A DNA stretch of 64,000 bases. Origin: an uncultured Gammaproteobacteria bacterium (GTDB taxonomy: Bacteria; Pseudomonadota; Gammaproteobacteria; Arenicellales; CAJQKF01). The notes below the pieces were generated by a model. That model had not been told where the DNA came from, searched no databases, and saw only the letters and a list, made by a program, of their open reading frames with translations. Numbering within the stretch: position 1 is the first letter of the stretch; every line of letters begins with the position of its first letter. A program made the translations under genes and the position numbers. Below are positions 20,825-30,412 of this stretch, piece after piece. The DNA lies in NCBI GenBank assembly GCA_965652415.1, contig CBFGVH010000004.1:3071-67070 (forward strand), given 5' to 3'.

Positions 20825-22000
20825 TCAGGCGCTCTCGTAGAGCCGGGTCAGCACGAACTCGCGATGGCCGAGCGACTCCGCCGCCGTCAGGCGGCCATTG
20901 GCGGTGCGCAGCATCATCTCGAGCAGCGCGTCGCCCGCCTCGTCAGGCGTCATCTCCTTGCGCAGGAGTCCGGACACGTCGACGTCGACGTGCTCGCTCA
21001 TGGTGCGCACGGTACGCGGATTGGCGCACAGCTTGATCACGGGCAGCACGGGGTTGCCGATGATGTTGCCCTGGCCGGTGGGAAAGAAGTGCACCACGAA
21101 GCCCGAGGCGGCGCACAGGGTGACCATCTCGGCCGCGGCGCTGGAGGAGTCCATGAACCACAGCCCCGGCCCGGTGGGCATCTCGGCCTTGTCCAGCACG
21201 CCGTCGACCAGGCATTTCCTGCCGATCTTCTGGATGTTGCCGAGCGCCTTCTCCTCGATGGTGGTCAGGCCGCCGGCGATGTTGCCCTTGGTGGGCTGGG
21301 AATCGGACAGGTCGTTGGTCTTGTGGCGGTTGATCATGTCCTGGTAGCGGTTGAACATGAACATGAAGCGATCGCGCACCGCGTCGTCGCGGCAGCGCTC
21401 GGCCACCAGGTGTTCGCCGCCGGTGATCTCGGAAGTCTCGCCGAACAGCAGCGTCACACCCTTGTCGTACATCTTGTCGAAAGCGTTGCCTACCGTAGGG
21501 TTCGAGCCGCAGCCGGAGGTCGTGTCGGACTCGCCGCACTTGGTCGACACCCACAGCTCCGCCAGCGGGGCTTCCTCGCGCTGCTTCTCCGACGCCCACT
21601 GCACGTACTCCTTGGCCGCCTTCGAGGCGCGCATGATGGTGTCGTGGTCGCCGTGCAGCTCGATGCCGAAGCCGGTGACCGGCTTGCCGGTGGCGGCGAT
21701 GCCGTCTACGACGCGCCGGGTCCACTGCTCCTCGATGCCGATCACCACCACGGCGGCGACGTTGGGATTGGCCCCGGTTCCGATCAGGGTGCGAAAGTGC
21801 AGCTCGAGGTCCTCGCCGAACTGCAGGCGCCCATACGGATGGGGAATCGCCATGGCGCCCTTGATGTTGTTGGCGACCGCCTCGCAGGCGGCGTTCGACA
21901 GGTCGTCGACCGGCAGGATGATGACGTGATTGCGCACACCGACACGGCCGTTTTCGCGGCGGTAGCCGAGGAATGTTGCGTTGTCGAGATCGATGGACAT
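20825..22000 (-). CDS. UxaA-family dehydratase/lyase large subunit (SuyB-like)
   Basis: ATG at 22000 ('[30 protein letters not shown]') with a GGAGAG SD. UxaA C-terminal family features. The large subunit is separate from the SAF subunit, as in sulfolactate sulfo-lyase. Confidence 0.8.
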   Translation of the reverse strand: MSIDLDNATFLGYRRENGRVGVRNHVIILPVDDLSNAACEAVANNIKGAMAIPHPYGRLQFGEDLELHFRTLIGTGANPNVAAVVVIGIEEQWTRRVVDGIAATGKPVTGFGIELHGDHDTIMRASKAAKEYVQWASEKQREEAPLAELWVSTKCGESDTTSGCGSNPTVGNAFDKMYDKGVTLLFGETSEITGGEHLVAERCRDDAVRDRFMFMFNRYQDMINRHKTNDLSDSQPTKGNIAGGLTTIEEKALGNIQKIGRKCLVDGVLDKAEMPTGPGLWFMDSSSAAAEMVTLCAASGFVVHFFPTGQGNIIGNPVLPVIKLCANPRTVRTMSEHVDVDVSGLLRKEMTPDEAGDALLEMMLRTANGRLTAAESLGHREFVLTRLYESA

Positions 22001-22040
22001 GGAATTTCTCTCCGGGATGTTCGTGCGTTTGCGGCTTCGG

Positions 22041-22322
22041 CTACCAGCGCTTGGTCTTGATGTTGTGCACGTGGGCGTGCTCGCCGAGGCCAATGTCGGC
22101 GACCACCCGTCCGATGTCCACGCCGTACTTGATCACCGTGTCGCCTTCCTTCAGCGGCTTTATCGCAAGCTTGTGGCCGATGGGAATGTCGCCGGCGGCC
22201 TTGAACTGGATCTCCCTGTCCTGGTCCATGATCCAGCCGGTCAGCTCGTCGCCGGCATTTACGCCTTCGACGACGACCACGCCGACGGAATCGTTCTCGT
22301 CATGCACCACGAACTGGATCAT
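22041..22322 (-). CDS. UxaA-family SAF-domain small subunit (SuyA-like)
   Basis: ATG at 22322 behind an AGGAGGG SD. 93 aa: '[27 protein letters not shown]...[24 protein letters not shown]'. Confidence 0.75.
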   Translation of the reverse strand: MIQFVVHDENDSVGVVVVEGVNAGDELTGWIMDQDREIQFKAAGDIPIGHKLAIKPLKEGDTVIKYGVDIGRVVADIGLGEHAHVHNIKTKRW

Positions 22323-22412
22323 CTGCACCCTCCTGAGGTTGAACCCGGCTGCCCGGGAGCGGGGATTGTCGATGCGGGAACTATAGGCGAAGCGTTGAGT
22401 CTTGTCAATATA

Positions 22413-22444
22413 CTCAGATAACTCTTATATAAGAGTTATCTGAG
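22413..22444. promoter_or_regulatory. Perfect 32-bp palindrome in a divergent promoter (candidate GntR operator)
   Basis: CTCAGATAACTCTTAT|ATAAGAGTTATCTGAG has 16-nt arms and no mismatch. It is AT-rich, lies 90 nt upstream of the suyA-like ATG, and lies 79 nt upstream of the gntR ATG. Confidence 0.6.
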
Positions 22445-22523
22445 ATACTCTAGTGTGTATTCCTGTGTTATATTGGCGGCGAGCCGGGTCTTCCGATCCG
22501 GCAGCCCAGCGGAGACCAGGACC

Positions 22524-23246
22524 ATGACCATAGCCGGTGCAGGCCCCCTGTACGTCCAGGTGCGCAACCTCATGGTCGAGCGCATCCGCCGCGGCGAGTA
22601 CAAGCCCGGCGAACCGATACCCAGCGAGACCCGGCTGGCCCGCGACCTCGACGTCAGCCAGGGAACCATCCGGAAGGCCATCGGCGACCTCGTCACCGGC
22701 AGGGTGCTCGTGCGCCAGCAGGGCAAGGGCACGTTCGTTGCCGCCCACGACAGCCGCCGGGCACTGTTCCATTTCTTCCACGTGGTTCCCGACCAGGGAA
22801 CGAAGTCCCTGCCAGACAGCAGGACGCTGTCCATCCGCCGCCGCGAGGCGACCCGCGACGAAGCCGCCGCGCTGGCGCTGTCGGCGGGCGGAGAGGTGGT
22901 GCGCATCGAGCGGATACGCCGCCTCGGCGGCGAGGAGATCCTCGCGGAGACCATTTCAGTTCCGGCGCGCATGTTCCCGGGGCTCGAAAACACGGCCGCG
23001 CCGGACCTGCCCAATGCCGTCTACGAGATGTACGAGCGCCGATTCGGCGTGACCATTCACCGCGCCGACGAGCGACTGAAGGCCGTAAAGGCCGGCCAGC
23101 GCATCGCCCGCCAGCTCGGCGTCGACCCCGGGGAGGCGCTCCTTCGGATCGAACGCACGGCACGCACCCTGGCCGGAGAGCCGGTGGAACTCAGGGTGAC
23201 CCACGTGTACACGCTGCGCCACCACTACGCCAACACGCTCACCTGA
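22524..23246 (+). CDS. GntR family (HutC/UTRA subfamily) transcriptional regulator
   Basis: ATG at 22524. wHTH 'YKPGEPIPSETRLARDLDVSQGTIRKAIGDLV' plus a UTRA-like C-terminal half. Confidence 0.85.
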   Translation: MTIAGAGPLYVQVRNLMVERIRRGEYKPGEPIPSETRLARDLDVSQGTIRKAIGDLVTGRVLVRQQGKGTFVAAHDSRRALFHFFHVVPDQGTKSLPDSRTLSIRRREATRDEAAALALSAGGEVVRIERIRRLGGEEILAETISVPARMFPGLENTAAPDLPNAVYEMYERRFGVTIHRADERLKAVKAGQRIARQLGVDPGEALLRIERTARTLAGEPVELRVTHVYTLRHHYANTLT

Positions 23247-23250
23247 GGGC

Positions 23251-24102
23251 TTACGAGGCGACCTGCATCACGATCACGCCGGCGGCCACCATCACCACCG
23301 CGGCGAGCCGCACCCGGGTGAGCCGTTCCTTGAGGTAGAACACGCCGATCATCGCCGCCATGATGACGCTGGTCTCGCGCAGCGCCGAGACGAGTCCCAT
23401 GGCACCGAGGGTCATGGCGTAGATGACCAGCCCATAGGCAGTCATGGAGAACACCCCGCCGGCAATGCAGTAGCGCCAGTTCGCGGCAAGACCGCTCGCC
23501 ACCGCGCCGCGCCGGAGCACCAGCGCGTACAAGGCGATCGGCCATCCGTCCAGCAGCGAGAGCCAGCAGATGTAGCTGAGCGCGTTGCCGGAAAGCCGGC
23601 CGCCGAGGCCGTCGGTGATCGAGTAGGCGGCAATCCAGACGCTCGTGATGAGCGCGGGCGCCACCGCGCTGTTGCCGAGACGCCACGGCGGACCACGCTC
23701 GAAGGACAGGCTGATGATCCCCACCGAGGCCAGCAGCACGCCCGCCGCAGCCAGCGGGGACAAAAGCTCCCCGGCGAACAGCATGCCGCCAATGCTGATC
23801 AGCAGGGGCGCCGAGCCGCGCGCCAGGGGGTAGACCTGGATCAGTTCGCCGCGGTCGTAGGCCTTGAGCAGGTAGAAGTAATAGCCGCAGTGCAGCACCA
23901 CGGAGAGCAGGATGTACGGCCACGCCGCGGGGGCGGGCAGCGGCACGAACGGCACCAGCACGGCGCCGACGAGCATTGCGACGATGTTGACGCCGGCCAG
24001 CACCACCAGCCGGTCCCCGCTTGCGCGCACGAACGCGTTCCAGCCGGCATGCAGCAATGCCGCCAGCAGGACCAGGGGAATCAGCAGGGCCGACGAATCC
24101 AA
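23251..24102 (-). CDS. EamA/DMT-family transporter
   Basis: 283 aa, about 10 TM helices, two EamA-like halves. TTG start. Confidence 0.8.
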   Translation of the reverse strand: MDSSALLIPLVLLAALLHAGWNAFVRASGDRLVVLAGVNIVAMLVGAVLVPFVPLPAPAAWPYILLSVVLHCGYYFYLLKAYDRGELIQVYPLARGSAPLLISIGGMLFAGELLSPLAAAGVLLASVGIISLSFERGPPWRLGNSAVAPALITSVWIAAYSITDGLGGRLSGNALSYICWLSLLDGWPIALYALVLRRGAVASGLAANWRYCIAGGVFSMTAYGLVIYAMTLGAMGLVSALRETSVIMAAMIGVFYLKERLTRVRLAAVVMVAAGVIVMQVAS

Positions 24103-24186
24103 TGAATGACGCCGTGAATGACGCCGCCGACCCGTTGCCGGCGCGGACGGCCGGCGGGGCCGGCAGCGCCGGCCCCGCGCGCCGTG

Positions 24187-24879
24187 TTACTTTATCTCGA
24201 GGAGCTCGATCTCGAAGATCAGCGTCTCGTTGGGGCCGATACGTCCGCCGGCGCCGCTGGCGCCATAGGCGAGCTCGGAAGGAATGAATACCTTCCACTT
24301 GCCGCCGGTCTTCATGAGCTGAAGCGCCTCCTGCCAGCCCTTGATGATGCCCTCGAGCGGAAACGTCGCCGGCGCGTCACGGCTGTAGGAACTGTCGAAC
24401 TCGGTGCCGTCGAGGAGCGTGCCGCGGTAGTGGACCACCACCGTGTCATTGACCGTGGGCTGTTCACCTTCGCCCTCGGTGAGCACCTCGTACTGCAGGC
24501 CGGAGTCGGTGGTCACGACGCCTTCGCGCTCGCCGTTCTCCGCCAGAAAGGCCTCGCCGGCGGCCTTTGTGTCCTCGGCCCTGGCGCGCTGGGCCTGCAT
24601 CTCCTGTTCCCGCCGGGCCATGACCACGGCCTGCATCTCGTCGGGCGACAGGGCCGGGGCCTCCTGTTTGAGGGCATCGCTGATCGCTTGTACGAACACG
24701 TCGACGTCGAACTGGATGTTCTCGGCGCCGAACTGGCCGAGCACCTGGTTGCCGATGCTGTAGCCCATGGCGTAGCTGAACTTCTCGTCGTCGGTATCGA
24801 GGTTCGCATCCTGGGCAAGGGCGGCGCCGGCTGCCGTTGCAATCAGCAGGCCTGCGCAGGCTTTGTAGATGGGTCTCAT
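24187..24879 (-). CDS. FKBP-type peptidyl-prolyl cis-trans isomerase (FkpA/Mip type)
   Basis: ATG at 24879 with signal peptide 'MRPIYKACAGLLIATAAGAALA'. N-terminal dimerisation helix and an FKBP domain ('VHYRGTLLDGTEFDSS', 'GWQEALQLM', 'LIFEIELLEI'). Confidence 0.9.
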   Translation of the reverse strand: MRPIYKACAGLLIATAAGAALAQDANLDTDDEKFSYAMGYSIGNQVLGQFGAENIQFDVDVFVQAISDALKQEAPALSPDEMQAVVMARREQEMQAQRARAEDTKAAGEAFLAENGEREGVVTTDSGLQYEVLTEGEGEQPTVNDTVVVHYRGTLLDGTEFDSSYSRDAPATFPLEGIIKGWQEALQLMKTGGKWKVFIPSELAYGASGAGGRIGPNETLIFEIELLEIK

Positions 24880-25065
24880 GAACTCTCCCGGTTGAATGGG
24901 GATGCAGGGGGCGCTGTCGCGGCTACGATGCCCGATTCTACCATTTCGCGACCCGCGCCGTCGTGCAGGCCGACACCGAATCTGTCGATGCGCCGGACAA
25001 CCATGAAGATGATGAAGGATTTGTATAAAATGACGGTAAACCCCGAACGGACAAGGACTCAGCCC

Positions 25066-26601
25066 ATGGTTTCCGGAACGAAACAACCTGCCCTGCTTGC
25101 CACCCTGACCTTTCTCGCCGCGATGCCGGCAATCGCCCCCGCCGCCTCGCTGCTGCCCAACGGTGACTTCGAGTCCGGTTCCCTTCTCGGCTGGTTCGGC
25201 GCCGGCATCGACGGTGGAATCGCCGATATCGCCACTGCGGGCACTTGTTTCTCCGGCGAGGACACGACCCGGCTCACCATGTTTGGCGGCCACGCGGCGC
25301 TCATCAGGTCGGGGCCAGGCGGCGGCCGCGGTTCCATCGGCGCACTGACGTCCGATCCCTTCGTCGCAGGCGACGGCATCGTCTTCGCCGCACTCACCGG
25401 GACCCGCGACGGCGAGCGCGTGGTCGCGCCGGTGCATTTCGAGGTGCGCATTTTAAACGCCGACGGCGCACCGCTCACGGCCCAGCGTTTCAACACGGCC
25501 GTGGTTCGGCTGGCCGACGGCTGCCCGGGAGAGGCCCGCGACGGGCGCTTCTACGTCCACTACTTCGATACCCGCGCGTTCCGCGACCAGCAGATTCGCA
25601 TCCAGTTCCGCCAAGGCACCAACACCGGCGGCTTCGAACCATTCACCCTGATCGACCAGGTCATCGTGTTCGGACGCGGCGAAGGCCCGCTGTTCACCAG
25701 CAAGCCGGAGGCGGTGGCGGCGCTGTCGAGCACCCGCCGCGGCGTGCCGAGGCTCGACGCCTCGCATTCCTTCGACCCCGACGGCGGTCCGGCACCGCTC
25801 ACCTTCAGCTGGCAGATCGACGGCGAGAACCTGATCCGCCTCGGCGAGAAACCGTGCCTCGCCGACCTTGCCGACGGCACCTACGAGGCGACGCTGTTCG
25901 TCAACGACGGCTTCCACGCGGTGTCCGACAGGCTCCGCTTCGAGATCACCGGGCAGAGCATTGGCGGCGATGGCCAGGGCGACAACGATGACAGTGGAGA
26001 TGGCAACGGCGAGACCGAAGCCGTGCCCCGGGTCGAGTACGACGGCTGCGGCGAGGATACGCTGGCCACGGAATTCAGCATCGACCAGGGGACCCCGGCG
26101 GGCGGTGGCGGCGCTAACGACGACTCCGGCGGCGCGGGCAGCGGCGGCGATCCGGCGGCCGGCATGTCCGGCGGCGGTGTGGACAACAGTGCCCCCACCG
26201 TCGATCTCGACGCCGACGACAGTTCGGTCAGCGGCAACAACTTCCAGGCGACGTACGTGATCGGCGGCGATCCCGTCGCCATCGCCGACACCGATGTCGC
26301 CGTCGGCGACGCCGACGGCGACGAAATTGCCAGCGCGACCATCACCCTGCAGTACGGCGCCGATGGCGACAGTCTCGACGTCGATCCGTCGCTGCTGCCA
26401 GGCGGCATCGCCGCCGCCGTCTCGCCAACCTCGATCAACCTTTCGGGCGTCGCGGCGCCCGAGGCCTATGCCGCCGCCATCGGCGTGGTCACCTTCGAGA
26501 CAAGCGATCCGGGCGACGGTTCGCGCTTCATCACCGTGACAGTCAATGACGGCATCGACGACAGCGGCTTCGCCTTCGCCTCCATCATCGTCCAGGAGTG
26601 A
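25066..26601 (+). CDS. Secreted multidomain protein (beta-sandwich N-domain, PKD-like domain, Asp/Gly-rich linkers, cadherin/Ig-like C-domain)
   Basis: Signal peptide 'MVSGTKQPALLATLTFLAAMPAIAPAAS' (alternative ATG at 25003). PKD-like 'LDASHSFDPDGGPAPLTFSWQIDG...YEATLFVNDG'. C-terminal 'TITLQYGADGDSL...ITVTVNDGIDDS'. The 5' third of the track ORF is antisense to fkpA. Confidence 0.6.
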   Translation: MVSGTKQPALLATLTFLAAMPAIAPAASLLPNGDFESGSLLGWFGAGIDGGIADIATAGTCFSGEDTTRLTMFGGHAALIRSGPGGGRGSIGALTSDPFVAGDGIVFAALTGTRDGERVVAPVHFEVRILNADGAPLTAQRFNTAVVRLADGCPGEARDGRFYVHYFDTRAFRDQQIRIQFRQGTNTGGFEPFTLIDQVIVFGRGEGPLFTSKPEAVAALSSTRRGVPRLDASHSFDPDGGPAPLTFSWQIDGENLIRLGEKPCLADLADGTYEATLFVNDGFHAVSDRLRFEITGQSIGGDGQGDNDDSGDGNGETEAVPRVEYDGCGEDTLATEFSIDQGTPAGGGGANDDSGGAGSGGDPAAGMSGGGVDNSAPTVDLDADDSSVSGNNFQATYVIGGDPVAIADTDVAVGDADGDEIASATITLQYGADGDSLDVDPSLLPGGIAAAVSPTSINLSGVAAPEAYAAAIGVVTFETSDPGDGSRFITVTVNDGIDDSGFAFASIIVQE

Positions 26602-26685
26602 CACTGATCAGGGCGCCGCTCTCTCGACGCCTGCCTGTGCGATAATCCGCACCCCGTCCCAATCACTCGACGACAGAGGTCCGCC

Positions 26686-26943
26686 ATGACCGTCGACGCC
26701 AAGCTGCTCGAGATCCTGCGCTGCCCGGTGACCAAGCAAACGCTCTCGCTGATCCCTCCCGACAGGCTCGCCGCCCTGAATGCGAGGATCGAACGCGGTG
26801 AGGTCCGTCACCTCGACGGCAGCGTCGTGGAAAGGGCACTGGACGGCGCCCTCGTCACCGCCAACGGCAACACGATCTACAAGATCGAGGACGACATTCC
26901 CATCATGCTCGAGGACCTGAGCATTCCCGCGAACCTCGAGTAG
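26686..26943 (+). CDS. Trm112-family protein (UPF0434/YcaR-like)
   Basis: 85 aa: 'LLEILRCPVTKQTL...', 'IYKIEDDIPIMLEDLSI'. Confidence 0.8.
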   Translation: MTVDAKLLEILRCPVTKQTLSLIPPDRLAALNARIERGEVRHLDGSVVERALDGALVTANGNTIYKIEDDIPIMLEDLSIPANLE

Positions 26944-26965
26944 GTTCCCGCTTCCGGGCGCGAAG

Positions 26966-27703
26966 TCAACGCGCGACGAGTTCTATATCAACCACCACCG
27001 GCAGGTGGTCCGAGGCGAAGCGGGCCAGCGCCAGCCGGGAGCGCCGGTGGTGCTCGCAGCCCAGCGCCCCGCGTGCGAACACCCTGTCGAGGGCCCCGAC
27101 CGGCTGCCACGACGGAAACGTCAGCGACGCACGCCGGCCGGTCCCGGTCACGCACTCGAAGCCCGACTGGCGCAGTCGGCCTCGCGCCAGCGCACCACTC
27201 CAGTCGTTGGTGTCGCCGGCGACGATCACCCGGCTGGCCGGATCGAGACGAGTGAGCTCGTCGGTTGCGAGCAGGCTGCGCACCTGCCAGCGCCGTTCCA
27301 TGCCCGACAAGCCCAGGTGGACGTTGATCACGTGCAGCGTGCGGCGGCGATCGCCGGCCTGGACCCGGATCTCGGTGTACAGTGCGCCACGCGCCTTCTT
27401 GCCGGGCAGGGTCAGGTCGATGTTGCGGCTTCGGGATATGACGTGGCGCGACAGCGTCGCGTTGCCGTAGCAGCCGTATTTGAGGAATACGTTGGGCGCG
27501 AACACTCGGTGGGGCATGCCGAGCGCCTCCGCCAGCGCCGCCGCCTGGGGCTCGGAGCGCGACCTCGGCACCTCGTGGTCCACCTCCTGCAACGCCACGA
27601 TGTCGGGGTCGTAGTGGCGGATCACCTCGACCACGCGCTCGAGGTCGTAACGGCGGTCGAGGCTGCCGATGGCCTTGTGGATGTTCCAGGTAAGTAGCCT
27701 CAT
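26966..27703 (-). CDS. Endonuclease/exonuclease/phosphatase (EEP) family protein
   Basis: 245 aa: 'MRLLTWNIH', 'ALQEV', 'VINVHLG', 'GDTND', 'SDHLPVVVD'. Confidence 0.8.
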   Translation of the reverse strand: MRLLTWNIHKAIGSLDRRYDLERVVEVIRHYDPDIVALQEVDHEVPRSRSEPQAAALAEALGMPHRVFAPNVFLKYGCYGNATLSRHVISRSRNIDLTLPGKKARGALYTEIRVQAGDRRRTLHVINVHLGLSGMERRWQVRSLLATDELTRLDPASRVIVAGDTNDWSGALARGRLRQSGFECVTGTGRRASLTFPSWQPVGALDRVFARGALGCEHHRRSRLALARFASDHLPVVVDIELVAR

Positions 27704-27854
27704 GAACGCTGACGCGCGCCTCGCCCCGGGTGGTCGACAAGGCGATTATGTCAGCGATCGACCGCGCGCGACGACCACGGCGGCCCGGCCGGCTGCTTCA
27801 CGGCCGGGCCCGGCTCGACGACGACCTGCCCCCGCCGCCGCGCCGTGGCCACCC

Positions 27855-29045
27855 TCAGGCGGCGTTTCGGCGGTAGTAGTCCATCAGTATGTGGGCGACC
27901 TCGGGCCTGGCGAACTCGGGCGGCAGCTCCTGCCCGGCGGCCAGCATCTCGCGCACCCGGGTGCCGGACAGCAACACGAAATCGTCCTTCGTGTGATCAG
28001 GCGCGTCGCGCATCATCACCACGCGACCGAGCTTCTTCGAGTAGGCGGTGTGGTCGGCGCGGAAGATCTCGATCGCAAGCGCCCCTGCGGGAACTTCCTC
28101 GTCGAAGATCTTCTGGGCGTCGAACGCGCCGTAGTAGTCGCCGACGCCGGCATGGTCGCGGCCGATGATGAAATGCGTGCAGCCGGCGTTCTGGCGAAAC
28201 ACCGCGTGCAGCACCGCCTCGCGCGGACCGGCGTAGAGCATGTCGAAGCCGTATCCGGTGATCATCACCGTGTTGGGCGGGAAGTACAGCTCCACCATCT
28301 TGCGGATCGCGGCATCGCGCACCGGCGCGGGAATGTCGCCGGGCTTGAGCTTGCCGAGCAGCATGTGGATCAGTATGCCGTCGGCGCCGGCGGCCTCGCG
28401 CGCCATCTTGCACAACTCCTCGTGGGCGCGGTGCATGGGATTGCGCGTCTGGAACGCCACCACCGACTTCCAGCCCCGCTCGGCGATGCCGTCGCGGATC
28501 TGCTGCGCGGTGCGGAAGGTTTCCGGGAAATCGGTTTCGAAGTAACTGAAGTTGAGCACTTCCACCGCACCGGACACGATCTGCCTGCCCTGGGCGCGGA
28601 ACGCCTCGACGCCGGGATGGGCGGGATCGAGGGTGCGATAGACCTTCTCGGTGATGAGATCGAGCTCCTCGTCGGACAGCGTTTCCACGGCCTCAACGTG
28701 CTGCACCGCGATCACGGGCTCGCCCTCGACGTTGGGATCCTTAAGCGCTATGCGCGATCCGGCTTCGATGCCGCCAGCGTCCGCCACGAGGTTCAGTACC
28801 GGAACCGGCCAGAACAGGCCGGTCGTGGTGTGCATGTCGCGGGCCACGGACAACGCGTCCGCCTTGTTCATGTAGCCGGCAAGCGGCGTGAAGTATCCCG
28901 CGCCGAGCATGACCGCGTTGGCCGCGGCGCCCGAGGACACCACGATAGACGGCAGTGAACGCGCCTCGTCAGAAAGCCGCGCCCGCGCTTCGCGGTCGGC
29001 GACGTACAGGGGCATGAGTGCATCGGCCCCGTGCGGCTTGATCAT
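27855..29045 (-). CDS. sat: Sulfate adenylyltransferase (ATP sulfurylase, Sat type)
   Basis: ATG at 29045 ('MIKPHGADALMPLYV'). 'VAFQTRNPMHRAHEEL' and 'IIGRDHAGVG'. Confidence 0.9.
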   Translation of the reverse strand: MIKPHGADALMPLYVADREARARLSDEARSLPSIVVSSGAAANAVMLGAGYFTPLAGYMNKADALSVARDMHTTTGLFWPVPVLNLVADAGGIEAGSRIALKDPNVEGEPVIAVQHVEAVETLSDEELDLITEKVYRTLDPAHPGVEAFRAQGRQIVSGAVEVLNFSYFETDFPETFRTAQQIRDGIAERGWKSVVAFQTRNPMHRAHEELCKMAREAAGADGILIHMLLGKLKPGDIPAPVRDAAIRKMVELYFPPNTVMITGYGFDMLYAGPREAVLHAVFRQNAGCTHFIIGRDHAGVGDYYGAFDAQKIFDEEVPAGALAIEIFRADHTAYSKKLGRVVMMRDAPDHTKDDFVLLSGTRVREMLAAGQELPPEFARPEVAHILMDYYRRNAA

Positions 29046-29195
29046 CGCGAAATCTCTCCTCGAAGGTTCGGTTGCCTGGTGCGAATCCCGATCGGGACAT
29101 GTCCGGGCGATGACATTAGCATCGTTGACGGCGGGCGCAGACATCCCGCCGGCAAGAAATTTCTAATCGAGTTATAAGGACCTCGGCGGACGCCG

Positions 29196-30275
29196 TCAGC
29201 TCGCCTGGCGGTTGTGGTGGGCACGGCGCGCGGCCACCGCCTGCGACAACTGCGCGAACATCCTCGTCGTGTCGTCCCAGCCGATACAGGCGTCGGTGAT
29301 GCTCTGCCCGTACTCGAGTTCCTCGCCGGGCCGGATGTCCTGTCGGCCGGCCTCGAGGTGACTCTCGATCATCACGCCGAAGATGCGGCGGTCGCCGTCG
29401 GCGACCTGGTGGCTGACATCGGCGCATACCTCGACCTGCCGCTCGGGGATCTTGCGGCTGTTGGCATGGCTGAAGTCGATCATGATGATCTCGGGCAGGT
29501 TGGCCCGCGCCAGCAGGCGCGCCGTTTCGCCGACATGTTCGCGGCTGTAGTTGGGTTCAACGCCGCCGCGCAGGATGATGTGCGTGTAGGGATTACCGGT
29601 CGTGTGGTAGATGGCGGAGTGACCGCTCTTGGTCAGCGACAGGAAATGGTGCGGATGGCGCGAGGCGCCGATGGCGTCGACCGCGATCTGCAGGCTGCCC
29701 TTGGTGCCGTTCTTGAACCCCACCGGGCACGACAACCCGGAGGCCATCTCGCGATGCACCTGGCTCTCCGTGGTGCGCGCGCCGATGGCGCCCCAGCTCA
29801 CCCCGTCGGCGATGTACTGCGGCGTGATGATGTCCAGGTACTCGGTGGCCACGGGCACGTCGAGCTCGTTGATGCCGAGCACCAGCTTGCGCGCCAGGCG
29901 CAGTCCCTTGTTGATGTGGAAACTGTTGTCGAGGTCCGGATCGTTGATCAACCCCTTCCAGCCGACCGTGGTGCGCGGCTTCTCGAAGTAGGTGCGCATG
30001 ACGATCATGAGCGTGTCGGCATGGCGCCGGCGCTCCGCCGCGAGCCGGGAAGCGTATTCCAACGCCGCCTCCGGATCGTGGATCGAACACGGGCCGGCGA
30101 TGACCACCAGCCGGTCGTCCTTGTGGTCCATGATGTTCTGGATGTCTCGCCGCGCCTCCCAGGTCACGCGGGCGGCGTGCTCGGTCAGCGGGAACTCCTC
30201 GCACACCGTGAGCGGGTTGGCGACTTCCTTGATTTCGGCGATGCGCAGATCGTCGGTGAGGTATTTCTGGGTCAT
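29196..30275 (-). CDS. 3-deoxy-7-phosphoheptulonate (DAHP) synthase, class I
   Basis: 359 aa: 'LVVIAGPCSIHD', 'MRTYFEKPRTTVGWKGLINDP', 'IGARTTESQ.HRE', 'GFKNGT'. Confidence 0.95.
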   Translation of the reverse strand: MTQKYLTDDLRIAEIKEVANPLTVCEEFPLTEHAARVTWEARRDIQNIMDHKDDRLVVIAGPCSIHDPEAALEYASRLAAERRRHADTLMIVMRTYFEKPRTTVGWKGLINDPDLDNSFHINKGLRLARKLVLGINELDVPVATEYLDIITPQYIADGVSWGAIGARTTESQVHREMASGLSCPVGFKNGTKGSLQIAVDAIGASRHPHHFLSLTKSGHSAIYHTTGNPYTHIILRGGVEPNYSREHVGETARLLARANLPEIIMIDFSHANSRKIPERQVEVCADVSHQVADGDRRIFGVMIESHLEAGRQDIRPGEELEYGQSITDACIGWDDTTRMFAQLSQAVAARRAHHNRQAS

Positions 30276-30412
30276 GGCGGTTCGACGGGGAAGGCGTCAC
30301 GCACTGGACGCAGGAGTCGCCAGCATGCAGCGCAAAAGGAGGAGTTTAGCCGATCCCGTGCGCTTTTTTAAGGGTTGCCGCCTTCTTCGCTGGCGTGGCG
30401 GGCAAATCACTC

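Noticed and set aside
23251-24102. The EamA/DMT transporter as a SuyZ-like sulfite/sulfate exporter belonging to the sulfolactate-type operon.
   Set aside because: It is convergent with gntR and co-directional with fkpA, and is not part of the suy-like transcription unit. Family membership alone is too generic.
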